Positions 32,151 to 43,949 of a stretch of DNA of 64,000 bases are shown here, one piece after another (the stretch's first letter is position 1; each line of letters begins with the position of its first letter). The translations under genes were made by a program, and so were the position numbers. Location of the stretch: assembly GCF_009914755.1 (NCBI RefSeq), contig NC_060927.1; one strand, written 5' to 3'. This stretch comes from the human T2T-CHM13v2.0 reference genome, Homo sapiens. The notes beneath the pieces were generated by a model. That model was given only the letters and a program-made list of their open reading frames with translations, was not told the DNA's origin and did not search any database.

Positions 32151-32726
32151 TTTCTTAAAGTATGAGTTGTAATTATTAGAACATTGTAGTGACAGCGGTC
32201 AATTGCATTAAGCAATGTTCTCCAGCTTGTCTCAAAGTCTTGCTATAAAGACTGAGAAACAAGGATAACTAGATTTATCCAGAGAGAATGGGATTTGTAG
32301 GAAATGTGTGGCTGAGACACAAGTGCTCACATAGGCTAACGAGTTAATTTGAGGGTAAACCTGATTTAGTGGAAATGGAAATAATCCCTTGTGTGCCCAC
32401 AGAGAATAAATGCTAACTTAGAGATAGGTAGTCATCCTGGACTTGCAGCAGACCCTGAAGCATGGCGGGGATACCAATAGAAGGATGGAGCGTAAGGAGA
32501 GCTGAAGCCAGCAAGGGTGGGTACATCCTGATTGGGGTCTTTGTAAAGGTCAGAAGCCAAGCATTCACACTAGCAGGGAGTGGGGGCTACTACTGTAAGA
32601 ATGAACAGATTGGAGCCTGGTTGTAGAATGTATAGAATATTAGGCCAAAGAACTGAGATCCTGGTAAAACCTTTATCAAAAATGTCCAGGATTAAGTGTC
32701 AGTTCTTGAGATATTTTAAAAAATAA

Positions 32727-33656
32727 AATGAACTCAAACAAATTTACAAGAAAAAAACAAACAACCCCATCAAAAAGTGGGCAAAGGATATGAACAGACA
32801 CTTCTCAAAAGAAGGCATTTATGCAGCCAAAAAACACATGAAAAAATGCTCACCATCACTGGCCATCAGAGAAATGCAAATCAAAACCACAATGAGATAT
32901 CATCTCACACCAGTTAGAATGGCAATCATTAAAAAGTCAGGAAACAACAGGTGCTGGAGAGGATGTGGAGAAATAGGAACACTTTTACACTGTTGGTGGG
33001 ACTGTAAACTAGTTCAACCATTGTGGAAGTCAGTGTGGCGATTCCTCAGGGATCTAGAACTAGAAATACCATTTGACCCAGCCATCCCATTACTGGGTAT
33101 ATACCCAAAGGACTATAAATCATGCTGCTATAAAGACACATGCACACGTATGTTTATTGCGGCAGTATTCACAATAGCAAAGACTTGGAACCAACCCAAA
33201 TGTCCAACAATGATAGACTGGATTAAGAAAATGTGGCACATATACACCATGGATATACTATGCAGCCATAAAAAAGGATGAGTTCATGACCTTTGTAGGG
33301 ACATGGATGAAATTGGAAATCATCCTTCTCAGTAAACTATCACAAGGACAAAAAAACAAACATCACATATTCTCACTCATAGGTGGGAATTGAACAATGA
33401 GAACACATGGACACAGGAAGGGGAACATCACACTCTGGGAATGTTGTGGGGTGGGGGGAGGGGGAAAGGATAGCAATGGGAGATATACCTAATGCTAGAT
33501 GACGAGTTAGTGGGTGTAGCGCACCAGCATGGCACATGTATACATATGTAACTAACCTGCACATTGTGCACATGTACCCTAAAACTTAAAGTATAATAAT
33601 ATTAAAACAAAAAAAAGAAAATCACATAAAAAATAAAATAAAATAAATAAAAATAA
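32727..33656 (+). mobile_element. 5'-truncated L1PA2
   Basis: ORF2 C-terminus (MNRHFSKE...CCYKDTCT); 3'UTR GCTAGATGACGAGTTAGTGGG (GAG diagnostic, not L1HS ACA/ACG). Confidence 0.92.
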
Positions 33657-34974
33657 GACTTCCAGGGTTGTGCTAGAGATTTTAGAAATATATAAAATAG
33701 TAAATGTGAAGTCAGGCAACATTTTATTGAATATAAATACTTGGACCCACAGTGCAATACATGCGCCTGTTATAAATGGGCTACCCAAACAGTTTCAATA
33801 ATATGGCTTCTGAGGTACCTGAGCAAGAAGTTAATGAAAACTTAGAGAAAATGAGATTTTGTCGAATTCTAATGTTCATAATAAGGTTCTACTTGGATTA
33901 AAATTTTTACAAAAATAAATAAGTTACTGTCTTTTCTAGTAGTATTCAAGACAGATTTAAGAGATAAAAAGCACCAAAATTTCTCACAAAGTCATGAATG
34001 AAAATGCTTACCTTGTGGGAAAGTACAAAATAATGATATATAAAGGGCTATAAGTAAATATATTTATGTAGATAGAGAGATAGAAGTAGGTATAGATACA
34101 CATACATAACCTTCCATGAGCATATAAGGTGCTGGCAAAAAACCAAAGCAAAGGATGCAAGTTCACTGACCAGGTTCCACGTGCCAATCTGTGTGCTGGA
34201 TGTTCTCAGAGAGATGAAATAACACGTATTTGTCATATTGCTAGTAATCAGCAGATGTAAGGTTTAAACGTTAATCTAAATGATTGCAAAATAGCATATT
34301 ATTACACCCACACTGAACCATTTCTCTATAAGTTCTATTTATACTGTGCTAAGACTTGGGACAGCAAAATAGGAACTGACACATTTAATTTCGCCAACTA
34401 TAGCTACTAATAGAACAATAGGGGCATGTACGTTTTGCAACAGTTCAGCTACAAACCTCGGAAAGGATTCTCTGGCAAAAATAAAACCAAGTCAGCAGAG
34501 TTCTTGTGCCCATAAATTGAAGACCCAAAAGAAGATGAAATCAAATATCAAGAATGGTATACTTCTTGGAAATCTTAGAATGAATACAAGGTAATATTTT
34601 AAATCATCTGGTGACTATATATTTTCTGGTACCAATGAGTAAGCTACAGCCCAGGGAGGCAAAGTGATTTACTCAAGTAACAGAGTAAGTTAGTGGACAA
34701 ATTGGGCTTCTACAGAGTCCAAGTTTCATAGGATCTAGTATCCTACTCCCTTTCCATTGCGCCACATCAGGTTTTTTTCATGACAGGATGAAAGTTAAAA
34801 TGTGGTTTCTGTGGTAAAGTGTAGCCCTAATATAAAAGAAAAGCACCAAACATGACAAGTTTCCCTTTGGAACTCAAAATGCCCTTGGATTGACAATGAA
34901 GACAGAGATGAATGTGTTCTTTTCCCAGGATGATTTCTTTCATCCCTGTGTGATGGAGGGCTTGGAGTACTTCT

Positions 34975-35215
34975 AACATTAGTCAATGTTTTTTTGAGCA
35001 CTTGCTATTTGCCAGACACTGCTAAGTATTTTACACTCATGATTTCACTTCATTCCTCTAGTTATCATATCTACAATTATTTTTATTCCCATTTGAAATG
35101 TGAAGAACCAAAAACAGAGAGAAGCAATTAGTCCAAGATTGCTTAGATAGTAAGAGTTAAAATATGAATCCCTGCAGTTTGAGACAAGAGTCCTTGCACC
35201 TCATGGCTATGCTAA
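34975..35215 (-). mobile_element. MIR SINE
   Basis: TTGAGCACTTGCTATTTGCCAGACACTG...TATTCCCATTT..TGTGAAGAAC. Confidence 0.7.
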
Positions 35216-35548
35216 ACCAATTCCCTCCTTCCCGCAGTACTGAGTTTCATTGTACAATATTTTAACTCAAGATTTAATCTAAAACCAGGGAAGGCTATCC
35301 CTTGAGTTCTGAGAATCCCCCAGGAAGATTAGCAACTTCTTTGCTGTCACTGGCCAAATGAGGCATAGGCAGAGATGAGAAAAATATACATCGACAATAG
35401 GACATATTGATGACTGGGGTAGAGAATAAAGAAAAAGAATAAAGGCCTTAACCTATATTTAAACTTAGAAGGGGTTTTAACTGATCTTCAATATCCCCAC
35501 TAGCTACAAGATTAAAGAAAACTCATATTCCTTTCTGTGTTTTCCCAA

Positions 35549-36039
35549 GCAGTTGTACAAACTTCTCTGATCACTGCGAAAGGACTCATTACTAGCATTG
35601 GGGCCTTTTTTTATTTTGATACATGTTTGTCTTCCCTAATAAACTGTGAATTTATCAGGGAAAAAAAAAAAACAACAAGTTCTCACGTATGTCCCTCACT
35701 CCCCAAAGCTGGCAAATTATTTTTACAATGTGCTTTTTATATATTTTATATATTATATACTGTATATATATAAGTGAATAAATTTCTCATGCTGCTGGCT
35801 TTTATGCAACTAAAGTCAAGACTGATTTTCCTATTAAATTTAAATAAAACTTTAAAACCATATAATTCAATTAATCATGTTAATTTAATAAGATGGATAT
35901 TAGTATTTTCTCAAGATACTGCGGTTGTACAAACCTCTCTGATCACTGCGAAAGGACTCATTACTAGCCCTGGGGCCATTTTTTTTTTTTTTTAAATACA
36001 TGTCTGTCTTCCCTGATAAACTGTGAGTTTCTTGAGGGC
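35549..36039 (+). repeat. ~115-bp direct duplication (35549-35660 and 35921-36039)
   Basis: GC.GTTGTACAAAC.TCTCTGATCACTGCGAAAGGACTCATTACTAGC occurs twice. Confidence 0.95.
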
Positions 36040-36853
36040 AAGGGCCATACCTAATCACTGTGGGCTCACAAGTGCTTACGATTTTGCCTGAAACACAGTA
36101 ATTTTTCAGTCAATTTTTGATAACAAAAACACCCCAAGAATAAAATTATAGACCTACAAAGTAAACATCTGCTCCACATGCTACTCAAGTCCTCCATGCT
36201 ACCCCAGGATGCCCTAGAGATGATACTATTTTACAATTTTCATAAACTTGTGTTCTCAAGCTACCTCTGTTTTTCTCCAAATGGATGTGGGAAATTATCT
36301 TCAATCATTAACTTTTAAGTGGCTTGTCTGAATTTTGATGGTCTGGAGAACCAACATAATGTTATGAATCATCTGAGTGACCAACAAAATGACAACTGAG
36401 TCCTATTTTGCAACTCAATGACCCACATTTGGGTTAGTGCTTGTGGACACGTTAGTACTGTGTCAAAGTCAGGCAAAAACAATGGTGAAATAAAAATCTT
36501 ATGGTAGCACAACCTCCTGGTTGTGGCAGGAAAACCCAGTCCTCTAATGGCCCAGTATCAGAATGGCAAACTATGCCTTACCATAGTTGAGGGGGGTGAC
36601 TTTACACGGAAAGGGAAAATCTCATCTTGAGAAAATACTAATATCCATCCTATTAACATGACTAATTGAATTATATGGCTTTAAATTTTTATTTAAATTT
36701 AATAGGAAAATCAGTCTTGAGTTGTATAAAAGCCAGCAGCATGAGAAATTTATTCACTTATATATTACATGTACAATATACAATATATAAAAATCACATT
36801 ATAAAAATAATTTGCCAGCCTTGGGGAGTGAGGGACGTATGTGAGAACTTGTT
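35674..36853. repeat. long inverted repeat, arms 35674-35917 and 36624-36853, ~706-bp spacer
   Basis: Arms are reverse complements at roughly 90% identity by eye. Confidence 0.95.
36000..36125 (+). mobile_element. L2 3' end fragment
   Basis: TGTCTTCCC..TAAACTGTGAGTTTCTTGAGGGCAAGGGCC...GCCTGAAACACAGTA. Confidence 0.65.
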
Positions 36854-38096
36854 ATCTTTTCCTTTGAAAGGTGTCCATGTATTATTCAAGTTGGAGACAA
36901 ATTGGTCCAGCTCTGAGGGAAAATGCATTTATGCCCCTGCAGTTGCCATTACCTCCATGATGGATTCCAGCAGGTGCATCTGTGAAAACCTTCTCTCCTC
37001 CTACATATGGCATCCTCTGTAGAGTGCCATCACTCTCTCCTTTCACATTCACTAAAATTCACTGAGTGTGTCTCCTGCTACCAAAGGCTCCTTGAAAAAA
37101 AGGATGACGTTTTATTACTCGTTCACTATAATCTACTTTGTTGATTCTTGTCACATTGCTCTGCTTTAGAGGAAGACTAATGACATTCTTCTGCAGGTAG
37201 TATTTTGATGTTTAAGCTCCATTTTTTAAATCCAGCTATTTCTTCTATTTCACTAACTGTAAATGTTTCATTCAGTATTTTACAACCACATGATTTTGGC
37301 AGACATTTTTTTTTGCCGCGTTGTGTACTTCTTAGTGATTTTTCAATTCTTCATTTTTTAGAATCATGAATTTCTATTACATTCAACATAAAAACGACAA
37401 CAGGCAACAGTGGCACGAAAATGAGTCAGAAGTTGTGACTCTTTCCCTACCCATAACTAGAAAGAAAAATGGTTCCAATCAAAAGCACTAGCAAATAAAG
37501 AATTGTTATGGGAGATAAATTGTACCACCTAGTAAATATGAATCATATTCTGTGCCACGAAGTATACTACCTGAAAGTCCATTGTCTGAAATCAAAAGAG
37601 TCTCTGAACTTGAGTGAATTAACTAAAAGCAGATTTTCTCCAGGGAATACAGTGACTGCTGCTGTAACTGAAGAGAATGCTGAAGAACGGTCAATGTTTT
37701 ACTGAAGCTTGTTGCAACTTGCCACAACGTCTTTACATTGACCCAGTATTATTAGAGAATGAAAGGAGTTTAGAAGATTAAAACTGCTAACATGTTTAAA
37801 ATTAAACACTGTTTGAATAATTTTAAAATGTAGTATTTTTTATAAGGAGATTTAGGGGCCAAGATAAGTATTCACTTTTACAGTCTAATGTACTTATCTA
37901 TTTACATACATGTGGCAAGGCTATGGGAAGTAGGCAGAAGGGATATAATCTTCTGTATATCAGAACCATAAAATAGTATCATTAAAATGATACTTTTCTC
38001 TATTGAAAATATTAAGTGCCAAATAGTGTACATTTAACACACTTAATTAAACTCAGTAATTACTGCATATTGCCTTTTTTTTTTCAGAGATCAGTT

Positions 38097-38652
38097 GTAT
38101 TAGTCAGGACTCACTAGATAAACACATATATATCTATATCTCTCTCTATATGTGTGTGTATACATATATAAATACATATATACATGTACATATACATACA
38201 TACTTATATACAGAGAGAGAAAGAGAGACTTAATATAAAATATTGGCTCACACAATTACGGAGGCTGAGAAGTCCCACAGTCTGCTGTCTGCAAGCTGGA
38301 GACCCAGGAAAGCAGGTGGTGTAGTTTGAAGACCTGAAAGCCAGAGAGCTGATGGTGTAGATCACAGTTCAGGTCTGAGGGACTGAGAACCAGGACCACC
38401 AAGGGCAAGAGATGACAGATGTCCTGGCCCAACCAGCAAGGCAGAGAATCAATTCAACCTTCCTCCACCTTTTTGTTCTATTAAGGTCCTCAATGATTGG
38501 GTGATGCCTACCAACATTGGGGAGGGCCATCTGCTTTACTCAGTCCAATTCCAAAGGTGCTGTTTTTGAGAAACACTCTCACAGACAAAATAATGTTTAA
38601 CTGGCTGGGCATCCTGGGACCTAGGCATTTTGACATATAAAATTAATCACCA
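38097..38652 (-). mobile_element. ERVL LTR MLT2B
   Basis: TGTATTAGTCAGG + (TA)n, GGAGGCTGAGAAGTCCCAC, GCAAGCTGGAGACCCAGGAAAGC, TTGACATATAAAATTAATCA. Confidence 0.9.
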
Positions 38653-38809
38653 ATTAATATAGTAGTTATTTTTAAATCTGTGAATTTATCTAATTTAATA
38701 GTACACATCTGTTACTATTGTATTTTGAGTAATCATAAATAACTTTCATATTACTTTAATCATAAATAAGTTTTAGTAAATACAGTAGTATCCCTAGCAT
38801 ATGCTTAGT

Positions 38810-38965
38810 CATTATTGATAGGATAAATCACCCCTAGGACTCTGAAACTCTGACTTCAGCAAGAGAAATTCTGATTTGATAGGACTAAAGCAGAGCCCAG
38901 GTATTTGTGGCTCCAAAAATCTCCATGGGATGTTCTCACTTGCTACCTGAGTTGAAAATCACTGC
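38810..38965. mobile_element. MER5-family DNA transposon
   Basis: ATTCTGATTTGATAGGACTAAAGCAGAGCCCAGG...GTTGAAAATCACTG. Confidence 0.55.
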
Positions 38966-39794
38966 CATAAATATTAGGTTGTAAGGAAACTGGTCATCGA
39001 CATAATCAGGTTTTTCCCAGTAACAAACCTATGCCCTTAACACATAATATCTATTCTACACAACACTTGGATGAAGTAAGGACAATTATTGCTTACATTT
39101 GAAAGATGATGAAACTGAGATACCATCTGCCCTTTGGTCACTGTTCTCCTAGGTCCAGCTGAAAGGACAAAAAAAATCTTACATTTTCCAATCTCTGTCT
39201 CATACAATACAGAGTACCTGACTGGGCAGCCTTTTAGGACCTTTTTCCTTAAATTTCAGTGAGTTACTGGAAAAGGTTTGCTGTCTTCTTTCCAGATATG
39301 ACTTTAGCTCCTGGGCATCTGATTTGATGCCCTTATTAGTCAGCTTGAGTCTCTCTCTCACCAGTCCCTGCCCCCTTGGTTTAATACCAGCTCCAGAAAG
39401 CCAAGCCGTCAACCTGAGGCCAGTTGGCTGAAGGCCTGACCTCTTACCTACTACTTGTTGGTTGTAACCCTTGGAGTTGAACCTGTCTTCCAGAATCCCT
39501 ACAAATTGCCTCATGTGACGCAACTGGATCTGTAACTTGATCTTCTACCTAATGCGGAGAAGCCTGACAATCTTGGATCAGTATCAGCATAGGTTAGACT
39601 ATCAACCACCACGATCCCTTAACTTGTGATTTGGGCACTCATTCTTCATAAGAGTGGTCACCTAACTCTTCCTCTACTCTTGCTAGTTATGGTTAGTTGC
39701 TGCTCTCTCTGAAACATCTCTCTGACATGAGCTCCTGGCAGGCATAACTGATTTAGCCAACTTATCTATTTATGCAAAAACTTTGGAATGAGAG

Positions 39795-40092
39795 TTTTTT
39801 TTTTTTTTTTTTAGACAGAGTTTTGCTCTTGTTGCCCAGGCTGGAGTGCAATGGAGTGATCTTGGTTCACCACAACCTCCACCTCTTGGATTCAAGCGAT
39901 TCTCCTGCCTCAGCCCCGGAGTAGCTGGGATTACAGGCATGTGCCACCACACCTAGCTAATTTTTTATTCTTAATAGAGACAGGGTTTCTCCATGTTGTT
40001 CAGGCTGGTCTCGAACTCCCGACCTCAGGTGATTTGCCTGCCTTGGCCTCCCAAAGTGCTGGGATTACAGGCACGAGCCACCGCACCAAGCC
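39795..40092 (-). mobile_element. Alu SINE, AluSp
   Basis: GCTCTTGTTGCCC, GTGCAATGG, GGTTTCTCCATG, CCCGACCTCAGG; degenerate TSD TGGAAT...AGTTTTT. Confidence 0.95.
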
Positions 40093-40602
40093 TGGAATAT
40101 TAGTTTTTAAAAGGCAATTTTCCTCTTGTCAGAAAATTATGTTAAATTTTCTAGATTTTTTTCTGAGAGTCAGGACTGTAAAATCATTGATACATGGGGA
40201 AAAAAGCAAAGTTTATACATGGAAATATATTTTAAAAACTACTAATCTTAAAAAACTCTAGATTTTCTGATATAAAATAGGGTAATAACTGAAGACTTTA
40301 TATGCAAGTAGGAACCTAACCTGAGATGACTTCTTTAGTGACTACAAATTACATAATTTTATTTAAAGTATAGAAACAATATATGCTTACTGCAGGAAAA
40401 TATACAAAAATATGCATTAAAATATTAAATAATCCTATCAAAAGCTGTTTTCCAATTGTTGATATATTTCCTTCTAGTCTTTTTTCTGTGCATGCGCTGT
40501 ATGATGTCAACTGTATGTATATATTTCTCTACAGGTAAATTTTACATCCATATGTAGTGTGGTATTAATAGTGCTTGTTTATGTCTATATTTATATATGG
40601 AA

Positions 40603-40935
40603 TGGCATGGTTTGAATGTGACTGCTTCAAAATTCAGGTGTTGTCAATGTGATGGTATTATAATGGAGTGCCCATAATAGGTGATTAGGCCGTGAGGACT
40701 CCTCCCTCATGAAAGTGATTAAGGCCCTAATAAAGAGGCTTCAAGCAGCTTTTGGCTATCTCCTGCCCTTCTGCCTTATACCATGTGACGATGCAGAAAG
40801 AACGCCCTTACTAGATGTCAGTGTATTGATCTTAGACCCCCAAACCTCCAGAACTGTGAGAAATAAATGTCTATTCTTTACAAATTACACAGTGTCAGGC
40901 ATTCTGTTACAGCAGCATAAAGTGAACTAAGACAC
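40603..40935 (+). mobile_element. MaLR LTR, MSTC-like
   Basis: TGG.ATGGTTTGAATGTG, AAAATTCAGGTGTTG, AAAGAGGCTTCA, ends AACTAAGACA. Confidence 0.85.
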
Positions 40936-41299
40936 AGAATAAACTGAAATATTTGTATGTCTGCATACATACACACATATATAGAGGACACAATGTTTTA
41001 CTTTGCTTTATTTACAGTAGCAACTTCTTACTCATTTTAATCCACAATTTTGGTCAGAACATCTGTCGAGTGTTCGATTTTCTTGGAAGATGTGTTTATT
41101 AACACAGAAACTATACATATAATGAAAGGTTTTTTTTGTTTTTTTTTTGCATGATCTGTCAAAACACAAAACTTCCTTAAGAGGAAAGAAGTAAGGGTAT
41201 GAAATGCAACTATAGCTTCCTGATGACAGGGATTAAAAGATTTGAATGAGTGCACACATTATTAATCTTGGCCATTTCATGAAATGACTGGCAAATGAG

Positions 41300-41500
41300 T
41301 GCAATGCATGTGGAACTAAGGATTTTACATCTGGATAAATCAGTTCAAATTCAAACTTTGCCACTGACTAAGAGAGGGGCCTTAGAAAAGTTACTTAACC
41401 TCTCTAAGGCCAATTCTCTCATCTGTGAAGTGAACGTAGTTTATAATTACTTCACCAAGTTATAAAGTCTAAATAAGATGAATATAAAAAACATGTAGCA
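41300..41500 (+). mobile_element. MIR SINE (split by Alu)
   Basis: GTTCAAAT..CCACT, AAGTTACTTAACCTCTCT, CTCATCTGTGAAGTG core. Confidence 0.75.
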
Positions 41501-41990
<490 letters not shown>

Positions 41991-42014
41991 TCAGTCAGAG
42001 GTCCAGTCCTACAC

Positions 42015-42360
42015 ATTTCATTCATTCACTTATCAACTCAATAATAATTTATTAATCTTCAGTATGTTTGCTAGGCATTACAAAAATATGAACATATAAG
42101 GATACATACAAGATGTCACCTTGTACATGGACATTTAATGTAAGTCCCTAATGTATCACAGCTTATAGCTACCACTACAGAAGCATGTATACAGTAAAGC
42201 TTGAGCTATCTGAGGACAACATTACATCTTCTTGCTGGGTAGTGGACAGAAAGCATCTTAGAGCTACTGATGTTTGGAAATGAATAAGTATTTGCCAGAT
42301 AGATGGGGCTGAGGCAAATAGGGTTTTTCTCAGATGAAGAAGTGAAGGTGAAGAGGATTT
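42015..42360 (-). mobile_element. L2 fragment
   Basis: ATTTCATTCATTCAC..TTTATT...GCTAGGC antisense L2 3' end. Confidence 0.55.
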
Positions 42361-42372
42361 GAAACAAATGTC

Positions 42373-43569
42373 TCCTATTATTATTGTGTGGGAGTCTAAG
42401 TCTCTTTCTAGGTCTCTAAGGACTTGCTTTATGAATCTGGGTGCTCCTGTATTGGGGGCATATATATTTAGGATAGTTCAACTCTGGGCAAGGACTTCAT
42501 GCCTAAAACACCAAAAGCAATGGCAAAGAAAGCCAAAATTGACAAATGGGATCTAATTAAACTAAAGAGCTTCTGCACAGCAAAAGAAACTGCCATCAGA
42601 GTGAACAGGCAGCGTACAGAATGGGAGAAAAATTTTTGCAATCTACTCATCTGACAAAGGGCTACTCATCTGACAAATATCCAGAATCTACAATGAACTC
42701 AAACAAATTTACAAGAAAAAAACAAACCCATCAACAAGTGGGCGAAGGATATGAACAGACACCTCTCAAAAGAAGACATTTATGCAGCCAAAAGACACAT
42801 GAAAAAATGCTCATCATCACTGACCATCAGAGAAATGCAAATCAAAACCACAATGAGATGCCATCTCACACCAGTTAGAATGGCAATCATTAAAAAGTCA
42901 GGAAACAACAGGTGCTGGAGAGGATGTGGAGAAATAGGAACACTTTCATACTGTTGGTGGGACTGTAAACTAGTTCAACCATTGTGGAAGTCAGTGTGGC
43001 GATTCCTCAGGGATCTAGAACTAGAAATACCATTTGACCCAGCCATCCCATTACTGGGTATATACCCAAAGGATTATAAATCATGCTGCTGTAAAGACAC
43101 ATGCACACATATGTTTATTGCGGCACTATTCACAATAGCAAAGACTTGGAACCAACCCAAATGTCCAACAATGATAGACTGGATTAAGAAAATGTGGCAC
43201 ATATACACCATGGAATACTATGCAGCCATAAAAAATGATGAGTTCATGTCCTTTGTAGGGACACGGACGAAGCTGGAAACCATCATTCTCAGCAAACTAT
43301 CACAAGGACAAAAAACCAAACACCGCATGTTCTCACTCATAGATGGGAATTGAACAATGAGAACACATGGACACAGGAAGGGGAACATCACACTCCAGGG
43401 CCTGTTGTGGGGTGGGGGGAGTGGGGAGGGACAGCATTTGGAGATACACCTAATGTTAAATGACGAGTTAATGGGTGCAGCACACCAACATGGCACATGT
43501 ATACATATGTAACTAACCTGCCCGTTGTGAACATGTACCCTAAAACTTAAAGTATAATAAAAAAAAAAG
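42373..43569 (+). mobile_element. L1PA4-like with 5' inversion (antisense EN segment 42373-~42485, sense 3' part from ~42486)
   Basis: 3'UTR GTTAAATGACGAGTTAATGGGTGCAGCACACCAAC; TSD AAA(C/A)AAATGTC at 42362-42372 and 43570-43580. Confidence 0.92.
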
Positions 43570-43918
43570 AAAAAAATGTCAAGGAAACTATAAGTACAGT
43601 GTGATGTGTGAGGTGCTACTGAGGGGAATATGGTAGGATATAAGGCTGTCAAGAGAGGTATAATTTAGCTGAGAGTCTTGAATATAAAGACAAGAAATGT
43701 AAAATGGATTTTACAGATGATTTTGAAAAGTGATGTCTGAAGACTTTTGTGCTGTGGTATTTAGTTTTATCAAACTGAGAAAGGCCACTCTAGTGTCATT
43801 GTTAAAGGCAAATTAAAATGCTATTAATTCAGACGTTGTAACTGAGACTATCACAAAGATTCAGCCTAAAATGGATGAAAATCTACAGTAAAGCAGTAAC
43901 ATATTGAGGCTCCATGTT

Positions 43919-43921
<3 letters not shown>

Positions 43922-43949
<28 letters not shown>
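43922..43949 (+). repeat. poly(T) tract
   Basis: 28 consecutive T. Confidence 0.95.

Noticed and set aside
35549-36853. DNA transposon or CRISPR-like interpretation of the repeats
   Set aside because: No TSD around the inverted arms, the direct repeat straddles only one arm, the spacer is ordinary genomic/L2 DNA and there is no repeat-spacer array.
39200-39523. 107-aa basic ORF
   Set aside because: No recognisable family or gene context; length is compatible with chance. BLASTP/PhyloCSF would settle it.
42751-43353. 200-aa ORF (and the 163-aa ORF at 32790)
   Set aside because: C-terminal part of L1 ORF2p in truncated copies, with no promoter or independent gene structure.
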